Shown in pieces: positions 53,461 to 64,000 of a DNA stretch of 64,000 nt (the stretch's first letter is position 1; each line of letters starts with the position of its first letter). The notes below the pieces were generated by a model that had not been told where the DNA came from, did no database searches, and saw only the letters and a list, made by a program, of their open reading frames with translations. Origin of the DNA: Octopus bimaculoides (lineage: Eukaryota); contig NC_068989.1 of NCBI RefSeq assembly GCF_001194135.2, positions 51,936,986 through 52,000,985 on the forward strand, written 5' to 3'. The translations under genes were made by a program, and so were the position numbers.

Positions 53461-53663
53461 TTCTTTTTTTACTGGTTTCAGTCATTCGAGTGCGGCCATG
53501 CTGGAGCACAACATTTAGTGAACAAATCGAAACCAGAACTTATTCTTTGTAAGCCCAGTACTTATTCTATCGTACCCTGTTACCGAACTGTTAAGTTACG
53601 GTGACGTAAACACATCAGCATCGGTTATTAAGCGATGGTAGCGCGACAAACAGACACACAAAC

Positions 53664-53698
<35 letters not shown>

Positions 53699-53805
53699 CA
53701 TACACACACACACACGCACACACATACACACACACACACATACGACGGGCTTTGTTCAGTTGCAGCCAACCAAATCCACCCACAAGGCTTTGGTTATCCC
53801 AAGAT
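53461..53805 (-). mobile_element. SINE family B body and tail (5'-truncated) with internal (CA)n
   Basis: TTTCAGTCATT..TGCGGCCATGCTGGAGCAC..AGTACTTATTCTATCG..AAGTTACGG.GACGTAAACAC..CATACGACGGGCTT..CCAAATCCAC.CACAAGGCTTTGGT. Confidence 0.85.
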
Positions 53806-53824
53806 ACCACAAATAATTAAATTT

Positions 53825-55250
53825 TGAGCTGATATGGGAATGGAATTCTGGCTAAATTAATGTACATATTTGATTGCTGAACGGGAAACACCAGTCCCTC
53901 AGACCTCAAAAACCGGGCATGAATGGAGCCATTATCTCTGCTCTCCCACAGAGAAAAGTTCTGTAAAGTTTCTGTAAATAATGATCAAAAAATATTTTTA
54001 TCAGACTTAGAAAAATATGATAGTCGGAACTCTTCACCTACATCAAGTCAATATCCCATGATGCATTTGCACTTCTGGTGCTGAAAGAAACATTTGAGAT
54101 ACTTGACTGGTCTTTAGAAATTCACTCCATAGACCCGCAAGCTTCTGACATCAACTGGAAATCTACCCAAAAATAGTGATATTGGCAGGCTCTACCTAAA
54201 AAGAGATAAACAAGGCAAACACTTTAGAACAGTAGAGATAACCTTCCAATGTCGCATAGCCTCTTTCAGATTTCACTTGCTAAACAACAGCAAAAGAAAT
54301 ATATACTTCAATTTAGTTTTGAAATGGGAAGAAAACAATATCCTACGTGTCGGAAGCGAGCTACTCAGGAAGCATTCTGTTCCTGATGACCTACCATACA
54401 ACTCCATACCAGCCGCACTAGTATACCTCAAATACAACCTGAAGGTGAAACTCTCAGCATGCCTAAAAAGAAAACCATGCGTGGGTATGTTTCCCGACGA
54501 CTTGAGGAAAACAGTGTAAGTGACAAGAAGCGAAGGCTCTCTTGAAGTAGTGACCGCTTCATCATATCACACTTCGAAAGATATGCATTTGCAATCCAAG
54601 AACAAACGATTGCTTCTAAATAACTAACAAAAGTGAGTCCTTTGGAGCTCCAAGATGCACTCGAAAATGGAGACTATGTCATATAACTGTGGACGGCATC
54701 ACACATGCGAATAGTAGCTGCCCAAAAATGGCATATGCGACTTGAGGTTGTTGCAAAAACAATACAACAGTTCCACCCGTAAAAAAAGACTGCCCTAGAA
54801 TAAATATAGAGAACCCCTTTGTTTTTGAATACGTACACAATATCAGCACAATGAATCAAGGAATACTGGAAGAACATTGTCATCAAAATATCTGTCAAGA
54901 ATAAGCATAACAAGCCGGATATTGTTATTCGGGACGGATAAGAATATGTGTGTACCATCATAGAGCTCAGCTGCCCTGCTGATGTGAATGACTGTTTGAA
55001 AGTCAAAGAGAAAGAAGACAATACATGGACAACTGCTCCGAAACCTCTAGCTACTATATCCGGATTACAATTTTACATCTATACCAGAAATAATCGGTGC
55101 ACTGCGATTTGCAAGTAAATGCCTGACTGTCAGTCTGAATAAGCTTAGATTTTCAGAAAAAGAAATGAATCAACCGAGTCGCACATTGCAAATAATATCT
55201 ATAAGTGGAACAGTAAAACAATGCAAGATTTTTCTCAAGTTTAAAATGTG
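53825..55250 (+). mobile_element. Decayed RLE-type LINE (R4-like): RT C-terminus, CCHC region, endonuclease
   Basis: DMGMEF, FEILDWS, SDIGRLYLKR, AFAIQEQ, ITHANSSCPK, NKHNKPDIVI, IIELSCPADVN, IIGAL and LQIISISGTVKQCKIFLKFKM*. Confidence 0.85.
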
Positions 55251-55712
55251 ACTGTTTTCTTTATAAGCATTCGAACGATAGAGCTTTGTAACTATGTTAG
55301 AAACCAGCTCTTTCTTCAAAGTAAAAATTTAAATAATTAAAAGCAGAAACGTACTTATAATATTACATATTCATGTGCATACACATAGAAAACAAATATA
55401 AATTTGTAGTAAATGATACCTACCGAAACTTCTAATCACATACTTATACACTTATTTCTAATGTAAATATAAGAACACTAGCATATGAAAATATTTAGGT
55501 ACAGTTTCACTGAAAACATAAGCCACTGCATACTTGTGTACATATTTAACACTGTATATCATAATGATGTTAAAGACACATTTCTTTGTTTCTAAACTTA
55601 CATTTCAATAGACATAACAGTGGTGAGATAAATAGTTAAGAGAATAATTAAATAAAAATAATATAAGCGTCCACCTCTTGAAACCTATTTTACCATATAC
55701 CTGGCATTACAA

Positions 55713-55766
55713 CGGTGCTACGGTATAGGGCACTGCTACGGTATAGAGCGGTGCTACAGTATAGTA
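55713..55766 (+). repeat. 3 x 18-bp minisatellite (C(G/A)(G/C)TGCTAC(G/A)GTATAGnn)
   Basis: Direct reading. Confidence 0.85.
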
Positions 55767-56441
55767 AAAAATAAACTATCCACCGGTAAACGAGAGAGTT
55801 ACGAGGTCAACGAGTTAAGTACTATAATAAATATACTATCGCATAGACATCTTCCTATATATATTTTATTATGCAAATGAAAAGAACAATTTTAAATACA
55901 GACAGGTTGGATATAATCACCTGTGGGAAAATATTTGCCGATATAATTTTCCATACACTGATAAATGTTTAAAAAATAATTTCAGAAATAGGCTAAACAA
56001 TTTGTTTAGAGAAGAAATATTGTGTAATATTCATTTTGAGGTTAGCACAAGGTGAATTTGAAAATGTGAAACGGGAAAAGCGAATATTCTGCTTGTACTG
56101 AAAAAGAAATATCATCGTTATCATATTCGTACATCTGTGTGTGGGGAGTGGAGAATATGTGTGCGTCTGTGAGTGTATAGAAGTTGTCATCAACGAGTGC
56201 GGACGTCTTTATATCATGTGTTTTAAGTCCGTTAACTATTCCAGTTGCATAGTAGTCGCTAGCAGGTACAGACCGTTTTCCAGATGTCCATTCTTTTAAA
56301 CCTGTGACCCAGCAGCATACCAAAATTTGACAATGGAAGGAATAACAGAGGGTTAGATTTGACACACAAGATATTATGCTCGTACAGCAAGAATACCCCA
56401 CCACTAGACCACTCAACACCTGACACTATTTCTTACTCTCT

Positions 56442-56482
<41 letters not shown>

Positions 56483-56552
56483 GGGGGGTGCATAAGTAAG
56501 TAGATCAAAGACAGAAAATGGAATTAACGAATTTTTTTATTTTATTGAGAAC

Positions 56553-56618
56553 CACTACAATTGTTTCGACACATTCTAGTACCGGTATATTATACGTGAG
56601 ATGCTGTGCCGTCAGGTG
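56553..56618 (-). ncRNA. Minimal type I hammerhead ribozyme (PLE type) with a 2-nt core deletion and a long helix II loop
   Basis: Minus strand CAC CTGAC[--] GGCACA...TGTGTC GAAA CAATTG TA GTG: helix I CAC/GTG, 6-bp helix II, palindromic ACAATTGT, GUA triplet. AATAAA lies just downstream. Confidence 0.7.
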
Positions 56619-57391
56619 TCTGACATCATAGGCATCGCATTATACGCATGCAATGTAAGATAATATCTTACGTACGAATTACAGGTGCGAGAATGCGTCC
56701 CAACAATCCTGAGGTTCTTGAAAAAAGAATCACGTTACCTCCATGTTCTGTATTTCATCTATTTATATAAACACTACGGGCACTAAGGAATTTCTGAAGT
56801 ATATCCAGAGGCTTTTGCATTCCTAATGTACGATGACATCAGGTAATGAATAACTGTGGACGAGCCTTGCAGTATATTCTGCAAGGTTTTTACCCCAATC
56901 TCACTTAACTTAGTAAGTACATACATATGTGAATATGTGTATGTCTGCGTAGATAAAGAATGAAAGGCATATATAGATAAGAAGATAGATAGCAAACATA
57001 AATAGTAAATGCAATTTATAGGTCAGCTAACAGTTAATAAATTAGCATATATCTGATAATTATCAACTTTAATGAATTATTTTAGAGTTCACATACACAC
57101 TCATGTTTTTTCGTCATTCTGTGTTACTTCTAATTACCCTCTCAAACTTAGTTATTTCGAATGTAAATATTATTTAAATGAAAACTAAAATGTAGATGAT
57201 GTGTTTACGGCTCATATAACATTCACAACTCAAGTTATTAGCCATTAACTCGATAAATTGTGGCCCTGTTTCAAAAACAATTCTATGTCCTGTCATCGTT
57301 GTTCCTTCTCTTCCTAATATTTTCATCGCATTGCAGATAATTAGGCAGTTATCATAAGTTCTTAAGAACTTAGAAGATATGGTTTCTACAG

Positions 57392-57469
57392 GAAAGATTC
57401 CTAAAATCTGTTCTTACGTCAACTTCTAAATGCTCAAAAGAATGCAGAATCTTTTCCATATCCCAAAAG
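57392..57469 (+). CDS. Candidate phase-0/0 exon ERFLKSVLTSTSKCSKECRIFSISQK
   Basis: Acceptor GTTTCTACAG, donor AAG|GTAAGG, 78 nt, only one frame open. Confidence 0.25.
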
Positions 57470-58216
57470 GTAAGGTTATGGGTGTTATAATAAAAACAGC
57501 GTAGCCGAGAAGCAGACTAATTCAACACCTCTTGTTCATAGCATGATTTAAACCGATTTAACTGCTGCAAAGTTTCAGATCATAAACTTCCGATGTGACG
57601 ACAATCCGCTATACAGACATGATGCATGTTATAGCACATACGTTTGCGTACTATCATAGCTTGTTAGTAAGTAAAGAGAATACGCAAAACAAAGTTGCTG
57701 ATGGTGACTTTTCTACAGTGATAACACGAGCCCCGAACTTATGAATAAAACCTTCGTAGCTTGCACCTTCAATGCACAATTTTATAAACATCTATTTCAT
57801 TAAATTCTGGGTCATCATAAATTCACATTCGTTTCACTTATGTCAGCTATGCACTGCTGTTTGATTAGTCTGAAAATTTACTTTTGATAAAATGAATGTA
57901 ATATCAAAAAAGTTTGCAAATAAATTTACCAATTTGAATCCATTTGCAATTTGAATTTGAAATTTATATCTCACCTTCTTCAGGATTATTTAAGAAACAC
58001 ACTTTATCCTTAATGCGTTAGAGGTGGTAAATGTCAAGACTATTTCTTTATTTTATTGCATCATTTAATTAAAATGGTATTTTTACTAAATTGATATTCA
58101 CAATCACGCAGTTACAGAAGCAATTTATTTTCGGAATCCAAGAAAACCAATAATAAAGTAACGATAACGACATTAAGAAAAATACACACATACATACATA
58201 TATACATACACACACA

Positions 58217-58262
<46 letters not shown>

Positions 58263-60063
58263 NNNNNNNNNNNNNNNNNNNNNNNNNNNNNNNNNNNNNN
58301 NNNNNNNNNNNNNNNNNNNNNNNNNNNNNNNNNNNNNNNNNNNNNNNNNNNNNNNNNNNNNNNNNNNNNNNNNNNNNNNNNNNNNNNNNNNNNNNNNNNN
58401 NNNNNNNNNNNNNNNNNNNNNNNNNNNNNNNNNNNNNNNNNNNNNNNNNNNNNNNNNNNNNNNNNNNNNNNNNNNNNNNNNNNNNNNNNNNNNNNNNNNN
58501 NNNNNNNNNNNNNNNNNNNNNNNNNNNNNNNNNNNNNNNNNNNNNNNNNNNNNNNNNNNNNNNNNNNNNNNNNNNNNNNNNNNNNNNNNNNNNNNTATAT
58601 ATATGGCGTGGTGCGAGTGTGCATAATACTTGTAGTGTTGGTTGTAGAATAGATTTTGATAATTTTATTTTTGATAGTCGTGGCGGTAATGATGGGTATG
58701 GTGAAGTCTGTGGTGTCATTAACGTCACAGTTACTGTAACTGTATTTTAGTTGGTGTCATAGGTGATTGTGATGAGGTGTTTATTACGATGGTAGTAATT
58801 GTGATTTTAGTTGACATCATTCACTCCAACAAGTTTATCATGACGGTGACCATTTTAGAGAATGTTCTGCCGATGGACGCCGTGGTAGTGGTAGTGGTGC
58901 TGCTGCTGCTTATAACGAGAAAAGAACAGAAATGTGATTGCGTTAGGAGAAGTTTGTTTCAGAGATATCAATTGCAATAGTGGTGCTGGTTGTTGAAATG
59001 AATGTAGTGTACGCATTAGGATAATAGTAATGCTGGAAGTATAATTAAAGATGGTATTGATGGCCGAAAGGTAGAGGTAACTGAGATATTTTTGATTATT
59101 TTCAGTTAACATCAAAATAATTTATAGTCCAATTATTTTCTAAACAGCTCATTGTTCATAACCAAAACGAATTCTATTATGGCTAAGTTCATTAAATCAG
59201 AGTTATGCGGTAGTTGTCCATTAGAATTAAATTACCTGTCTGTTAGTTCAACAACGCAACAGAAACAACAATTACAAGATATCACTTTCTTTTAATTTTC
59301 TGTATCTTTTAAATTATGCTTGGTATGTAGATGAGGGTGTCTAAGAATAAATGATGGGTGAGTTGTGACGGAAGTCTCAGAATACAGCGGGGATCGAATT
59401 ATAGCAGATTCATGTTGAAAGCAACCGTAACGTCCATCGTATAAAATATTTGCATCGTCCAACATAGAAATAATCGTTGAAATTTAATTGTTGACCGGAT
59501 GTTAGCTGAAGTAATAGGAATGGCATTATCGATTGCAATGATAGATATCAGGATGCCAGACATGGAGTATCGAATATGTTATGATGATGAAAATATTGGT
59601 TGTGGTGTGAGGGACGACAATATTAAATGTAACGGCGAATATTGATGATGACAGTGCTAGATGTAATAGAAAAAAATGGATATAACAATGATGATAGACA
59701 AGATATTAGTGGTGATGGCGAAAGTGTGTGACGGAACAGGGATAATGATGATGGTTGAATAGGGACAATGTTGCTGATAGAGATAACTCCTTAAACTCTT
59801 CAGCAGATAATGAAGCTGACTCTAACGAAAATTGTATACTTTCCCGGTGTAGTTATTTTATTTAACACAGCATTACTCAGGTCGTTAAACTTTGTGTGAA
59901 TAGTGTATAACGTATTTCAGAGCTTCATTTAGTTTTAAAGTTGCTGTCTTCATAATAGAAATTGGAAACTTGAATTGTAGTTCGGTGTATATTCATCATT
60001 GGCATACACATACACTTACAAATACGCACGCACACGCACAACAACACAAACACATACACATAG

Positions 60064-60117
<54 letters not shown>

Positions 60118-60118
60118 C

Positions 60119-60174
<56 letters not shown>

Positions 60175-61099
60175 TACATACATACATACATACATATCCA
60201 TGTATATATACACACACACATACAAACAAATATATACATGCATATGCGTGTGTGAGAAAGACAATATGTGCAAGGAAAACATAAAATCGAAATTCTTCAA
60301 TAAGTCTGACCCTAATCTAAGTATACATCCGCTCTTCAGCTGCATAGTGATTATTTTTATAGTTTGGACAACTGGACAGTACCACTCAATGCAGCGGTGT
60401 CAAAAAGATCAAAAATATAAACACTGCTTAGTTAATTTATACAAGATGCAAGAGTCATTCATATGCTCGATTCGTACATTAAGTCGATACAAACACAAAT
60501 AACAAATCTCCAATATAATACTGTCACATACCTGCAGCTATCAAATGTAGAAATGAAATAAAATGAATTATATCAAATAAAGAAGACACATTAAAACTCA
60601 CATTGCTAGCTAAACAACGATAGGACATAAAATCTCAAAACAGATTAAACGGCGCAAACAAATGTGATTAAGAAAATATTATTTAAAATATAAGTTATGA
60701 ATACCATAAATCAATAAAATACGGGAAAAAAATAATAATAGTTTGATTAAAGGAAAAACAAAGCTCAGGTTCATAAGGTAAAAATCATAATAAAAACAAT
60801 AATATTTCATCTTCCCAGGGTCGCTAACAGTAAAGAATATACAAAAAATTCAAACAATGCCATGTTAAAAACATATAGAAATAATAAATATTACATATAA
60901 ATTATAGAAATTATACGAAAAACAAGCGTTTTCACTAAAGAAACTACGCAACATGTTTAAAGCCTTAAAAATACTTTAAGTAAAGCGATCATACCGAAAA
61001 TATTCTCAATACAAACAACATTGAACCCAAATGCTACAATACAGCCAATGTTTCTCTTTTCACTTCCAATGAGTAACAAGGAAACTCCAGTCTATGTAA

Positions 61100-61700
61100 T
61101 ATAGGAGCTCAAGTTCAAAATCCACCCACTCCCAGAAGTCATGTTGTACACAATTATATATGGTGACAGTTGCAAAATAACCTCTAGCAATCTTAATGCC
61201 AGATGTTAAAGCTTTTCAATCACACAAGCAGCGAACATTTTTGTAAGTCCCAAGTGATCCTACAGCAAAGTACTGCTCTCACATATAAAACATTCCTGTT
61301 ATTGCGCACTGAAAGACTCTGACCGGCATCCAGAAACGGATTACTTGAATGATTGACATTCTGCCACTACTGAAAATGAAAATGCTTCAACCAACAGACC
61401 AGTAATCTGAAGTCTTTGTCTTTTCTATCGCTGGAATAATTTACTATGCACCTAGGAGCTGCACGGGCCTTTTATGTACCGCCCAGACAACTACCTATTC
61501 GGTGCACTACATCTCCTCATCTCTAAGGCATCCATCGTCCTCTCAGCACTCACGGCTATATTCAGGTTTTCCTTTCCAGAACCTTTTACCTCTGGAAATT
61601 TTCCTCTGCGCATCGTACCTTTCCCTCAGCTGTTGACCTGCACCAAAACAATAACCACATCATTGTTGCCTGTTTCTGGGTGAATGGTTTCATAAGATGT
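61100..61700 (-). mobile_element. Possible Tx1/L1-clade LINE remnant (endonuclease region)
   Basis: Weak minus-strand remnants KDFRLLV and GSGWILNLSS (compare GYWKLNxSL). Composition differs from the flanks. Confidence 0.4.
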
Positions 61701-62174
61701 ATTGACTCCTCCCTTCCCTAGATTCCAGAAGTAACAACATTTATGAACATGATAGCAGAACACTTATATGAACAAACACAAGTTATGGGTGTTTCAATAT
61801 TTCGATAAGCTTTGTCCGTATTCATGAGGAAATGGTTAATGTACATACACATAAACTACTAAAGGAAAATGCATGCGGGGTCGGTGGACATTAACATTGT
61901 TTTAAAAATCTGTGATTACTAATTAAAGCCATATACTGACATTTATTTTTGATAGTGCATAAGAAGTAGATTATTTGTCTTCGGGGACATTTTCATAAGC
62001 GAAGCGACGATTCTAAAATAATCGGGAAAAGAAAATGGTCTGTTAACTCTGAACAGTTTTAAACCAAATTCCAATACTCAACGTGTAGCATATTAGTGTA
62101 GTGAAGATATAAATATTGTTAATCAACACTAATTACATAACTATAAGAATTCGATTGAACACAGCTAATTTCGT

Positions 62175-62312
62175 CAACATCATCATCATAATCATCTTCA
62201 TCATCATCCTCATCATCATCATTATCATCATCTTCATCATCATCATTGTCATCAACATCATCATCATCACCAATAACTACAATATCATTATCGTTATTAT
62301 CTTTAGCATCAT
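62175..62312 (+). repeat. Imperfect (CAT)n repeat
   Basis: Direct reading. Confidence 0.9.
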
Positions 62313-62373
62313 CAGCCCATACGTTGTTTCACGATCACATCTTAAATGCTATTGATTCAGCAAGATAGTATAG

Positions 62374-62472
62374 TCAATTGGTGCCACCGAAACACCAGTC
62401 CTTGTTTCTGTGACTGAATGTCTTAACAGATGTGGACCAACTGATTTGAATGTAGAAGGTAGATTTTCGAAA
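62374..62472 (+). CDS. Candidate phase-0/0 exon SIGATETPVLVSVTECLNRCGPTDLNVEGRFSK
   Basis: AG at 62372-73 (weak pyrimidine tract), donor GTAAGC at 62473, 99 nt open. Confidence 0.2.
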
Positions 62473-63392
62473 GTAAGCGATATGAAACACGAGTTCATAA
62501 CAAGTTCGATAAATATCCTCTTTATGGAAATACAAATGATGGATTTTGTAAAGCACCAGGGGGATTACAATTTATAGCATGGGTCGGAGTAGTAGAAATA
62601 TACCGCAGCAAATTGTAGATAGCTATTTTAACAACAATTATTCGTAACATGGAATAAGTTTGATTCAATCAGGAAATGAAATTGTGCACAGATCTCGTCT
62701 TCTCAGCGTTATGCATATTTCTATACAACATTAACCAAAAATAATTTCAAAACTGAGATATCATACTTGGAGACATGGTAAATTTTTATTTAATTAGAGA
62801 CCAGTATAGCTGAACACATGTGCTTTCTATTCAAATCGAAATGTAGGAATGACATGTCCAACCCGGCGGGATTGTAATCAGGCAGTGACGAGACGCCTCT
62901 AAATAGTATAATGCATTTAGACGAACGCACTTGAGGTTCTGTAGTCTCATCGACCTGCAAAGTTTCAAGTTATCCACATGACAACCGATCATTAGTTGCA
63001 AATAAATTAAGAGTTAACGGTAATATACCTAGAGGAGAGAAACGTGTTTAAAATGAAGTCAATTAATACATTTAGCACTGTAGAGAATCATAGTTATCTA
63101 TCAAGCCGATTTAACATGTTCATTAATTTGTTTCGAGAAGAATTATAGCAACCATAAGTGTTATGGCAATAAGAAAAGTCAACAATAACTACAGTGGTAA
63201 AATGTTGGAGTTCAAACGTTCAGTTCTTGATGTAATATTCTCAAGTATTAGAGAAAAATAGTGATGAAGTTCTGTAATGGAAACAGAAGCAGATACATTG
63301 GGATAATGTAAAATATATTTCTAACTTACTCATAATAGCTGAAGAATATACAATTATAATTTAAATCACGTACATCCACTCAACATGTACGC

Positions 63393-63428
<36 letters not shown>

Positions 63429-64000
63429 GTGTGTGTGTGTGCGTGTGTGTGTGTGTGTGTGTGTGGGTGTGTGTGTTTGTATGCGTGTGTGTGTGTGTGT
63501 GCGTGTGTGTGTGTATGTATGTATGTATATACGTATATAAATTTGTCTGAATCATTGTGTGTTATTTGTCTATAAACTCTGCTTATAGAAAAATAGGCAT
63601 GTACACCGAGACAGGAGATGAGCGGAATAATGGACAGCAAATCGATTTCTAGTACATTCACCTTCTTATTTTTATTGTAGATATGGCTGTATCACATTAA
63701 GACAATTCCTTCCAAAGGCCCCTTTGATTAGCACCAAATCCTTATTTTGTTTTGAATATTTGGTAACAAATGAACTACACAAAATCATGAAGAATTTTAC
63801 TATACACATTCGTCCAGCAATTACTTTCAGCCCATTGGAAATTGAGCATACCATTGCATATGAAGGGTAGAAGAGGCTTGGGGTACCATTAAAAGTACAT
63901 GCATATAAATAGAGTGAGCTTATACACAGTTATTTAACTTAAAGCAGTGGGGAACATTTTTTAAAAATAAGTCACACAGAAGAAAGTGGAGAGAAACATC

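Noticed and set aside
368-63661. Numerous ORF-track entries rich in YI/HT/CV/LS dipeptides, X runs, or poly-I/L/S/T/N
   Set aside because: They are translations of (TA)n, (CA)n, (GA)n and trinucleotide microsatellites or N-gaps, not genes.

Overview
AT-rich, repeat-dense eukaryotic DNA with ten N-gaps (about 412-595, 8702-8859, 11197-11476, 29340-29939, 30912-31036, 37465-37755, 40006-40080, 40839-41446, 46343-46352, 58263-58595), nearly all next to microsatellites. The SINE families and the microsatellite load suggest an octopod cephalopod (inference from recognised repeat motifs). No intact protein-coding gene, rRNA, tRNA or CRISPR array can be supported, and most ORF-track entries are translated microsatellites or gaps. 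The window is a transposon graveyard. DNA elements: a full-length Tc1-like element with DD37E spacing and IR/DR ends, a full-length mariner, and a Helitron-like non-autonomous element. Retroelements: two Penelope-like (PLE) fragments of different clades, RLE-type (R4/Dong-like), Tx1/L1, CR1 and RTE LINE fragments, and many tRNA-derived SINEs. The most interesting signal is four separate loci carrying PLE-type minimal hammerhead-ribozyme motifs, with a palindromic or near-palindromic helix III and each with a lesion. One sits inside a perfect 21-bp inverted repeat and one in a 208-bp-period tandem. A set of splice-flanked + strand segments (a signal-peptide-like start and three phase-0 Cys-x3-Cys exons) may belong to an unrecognised host gene, but this is low confidence.
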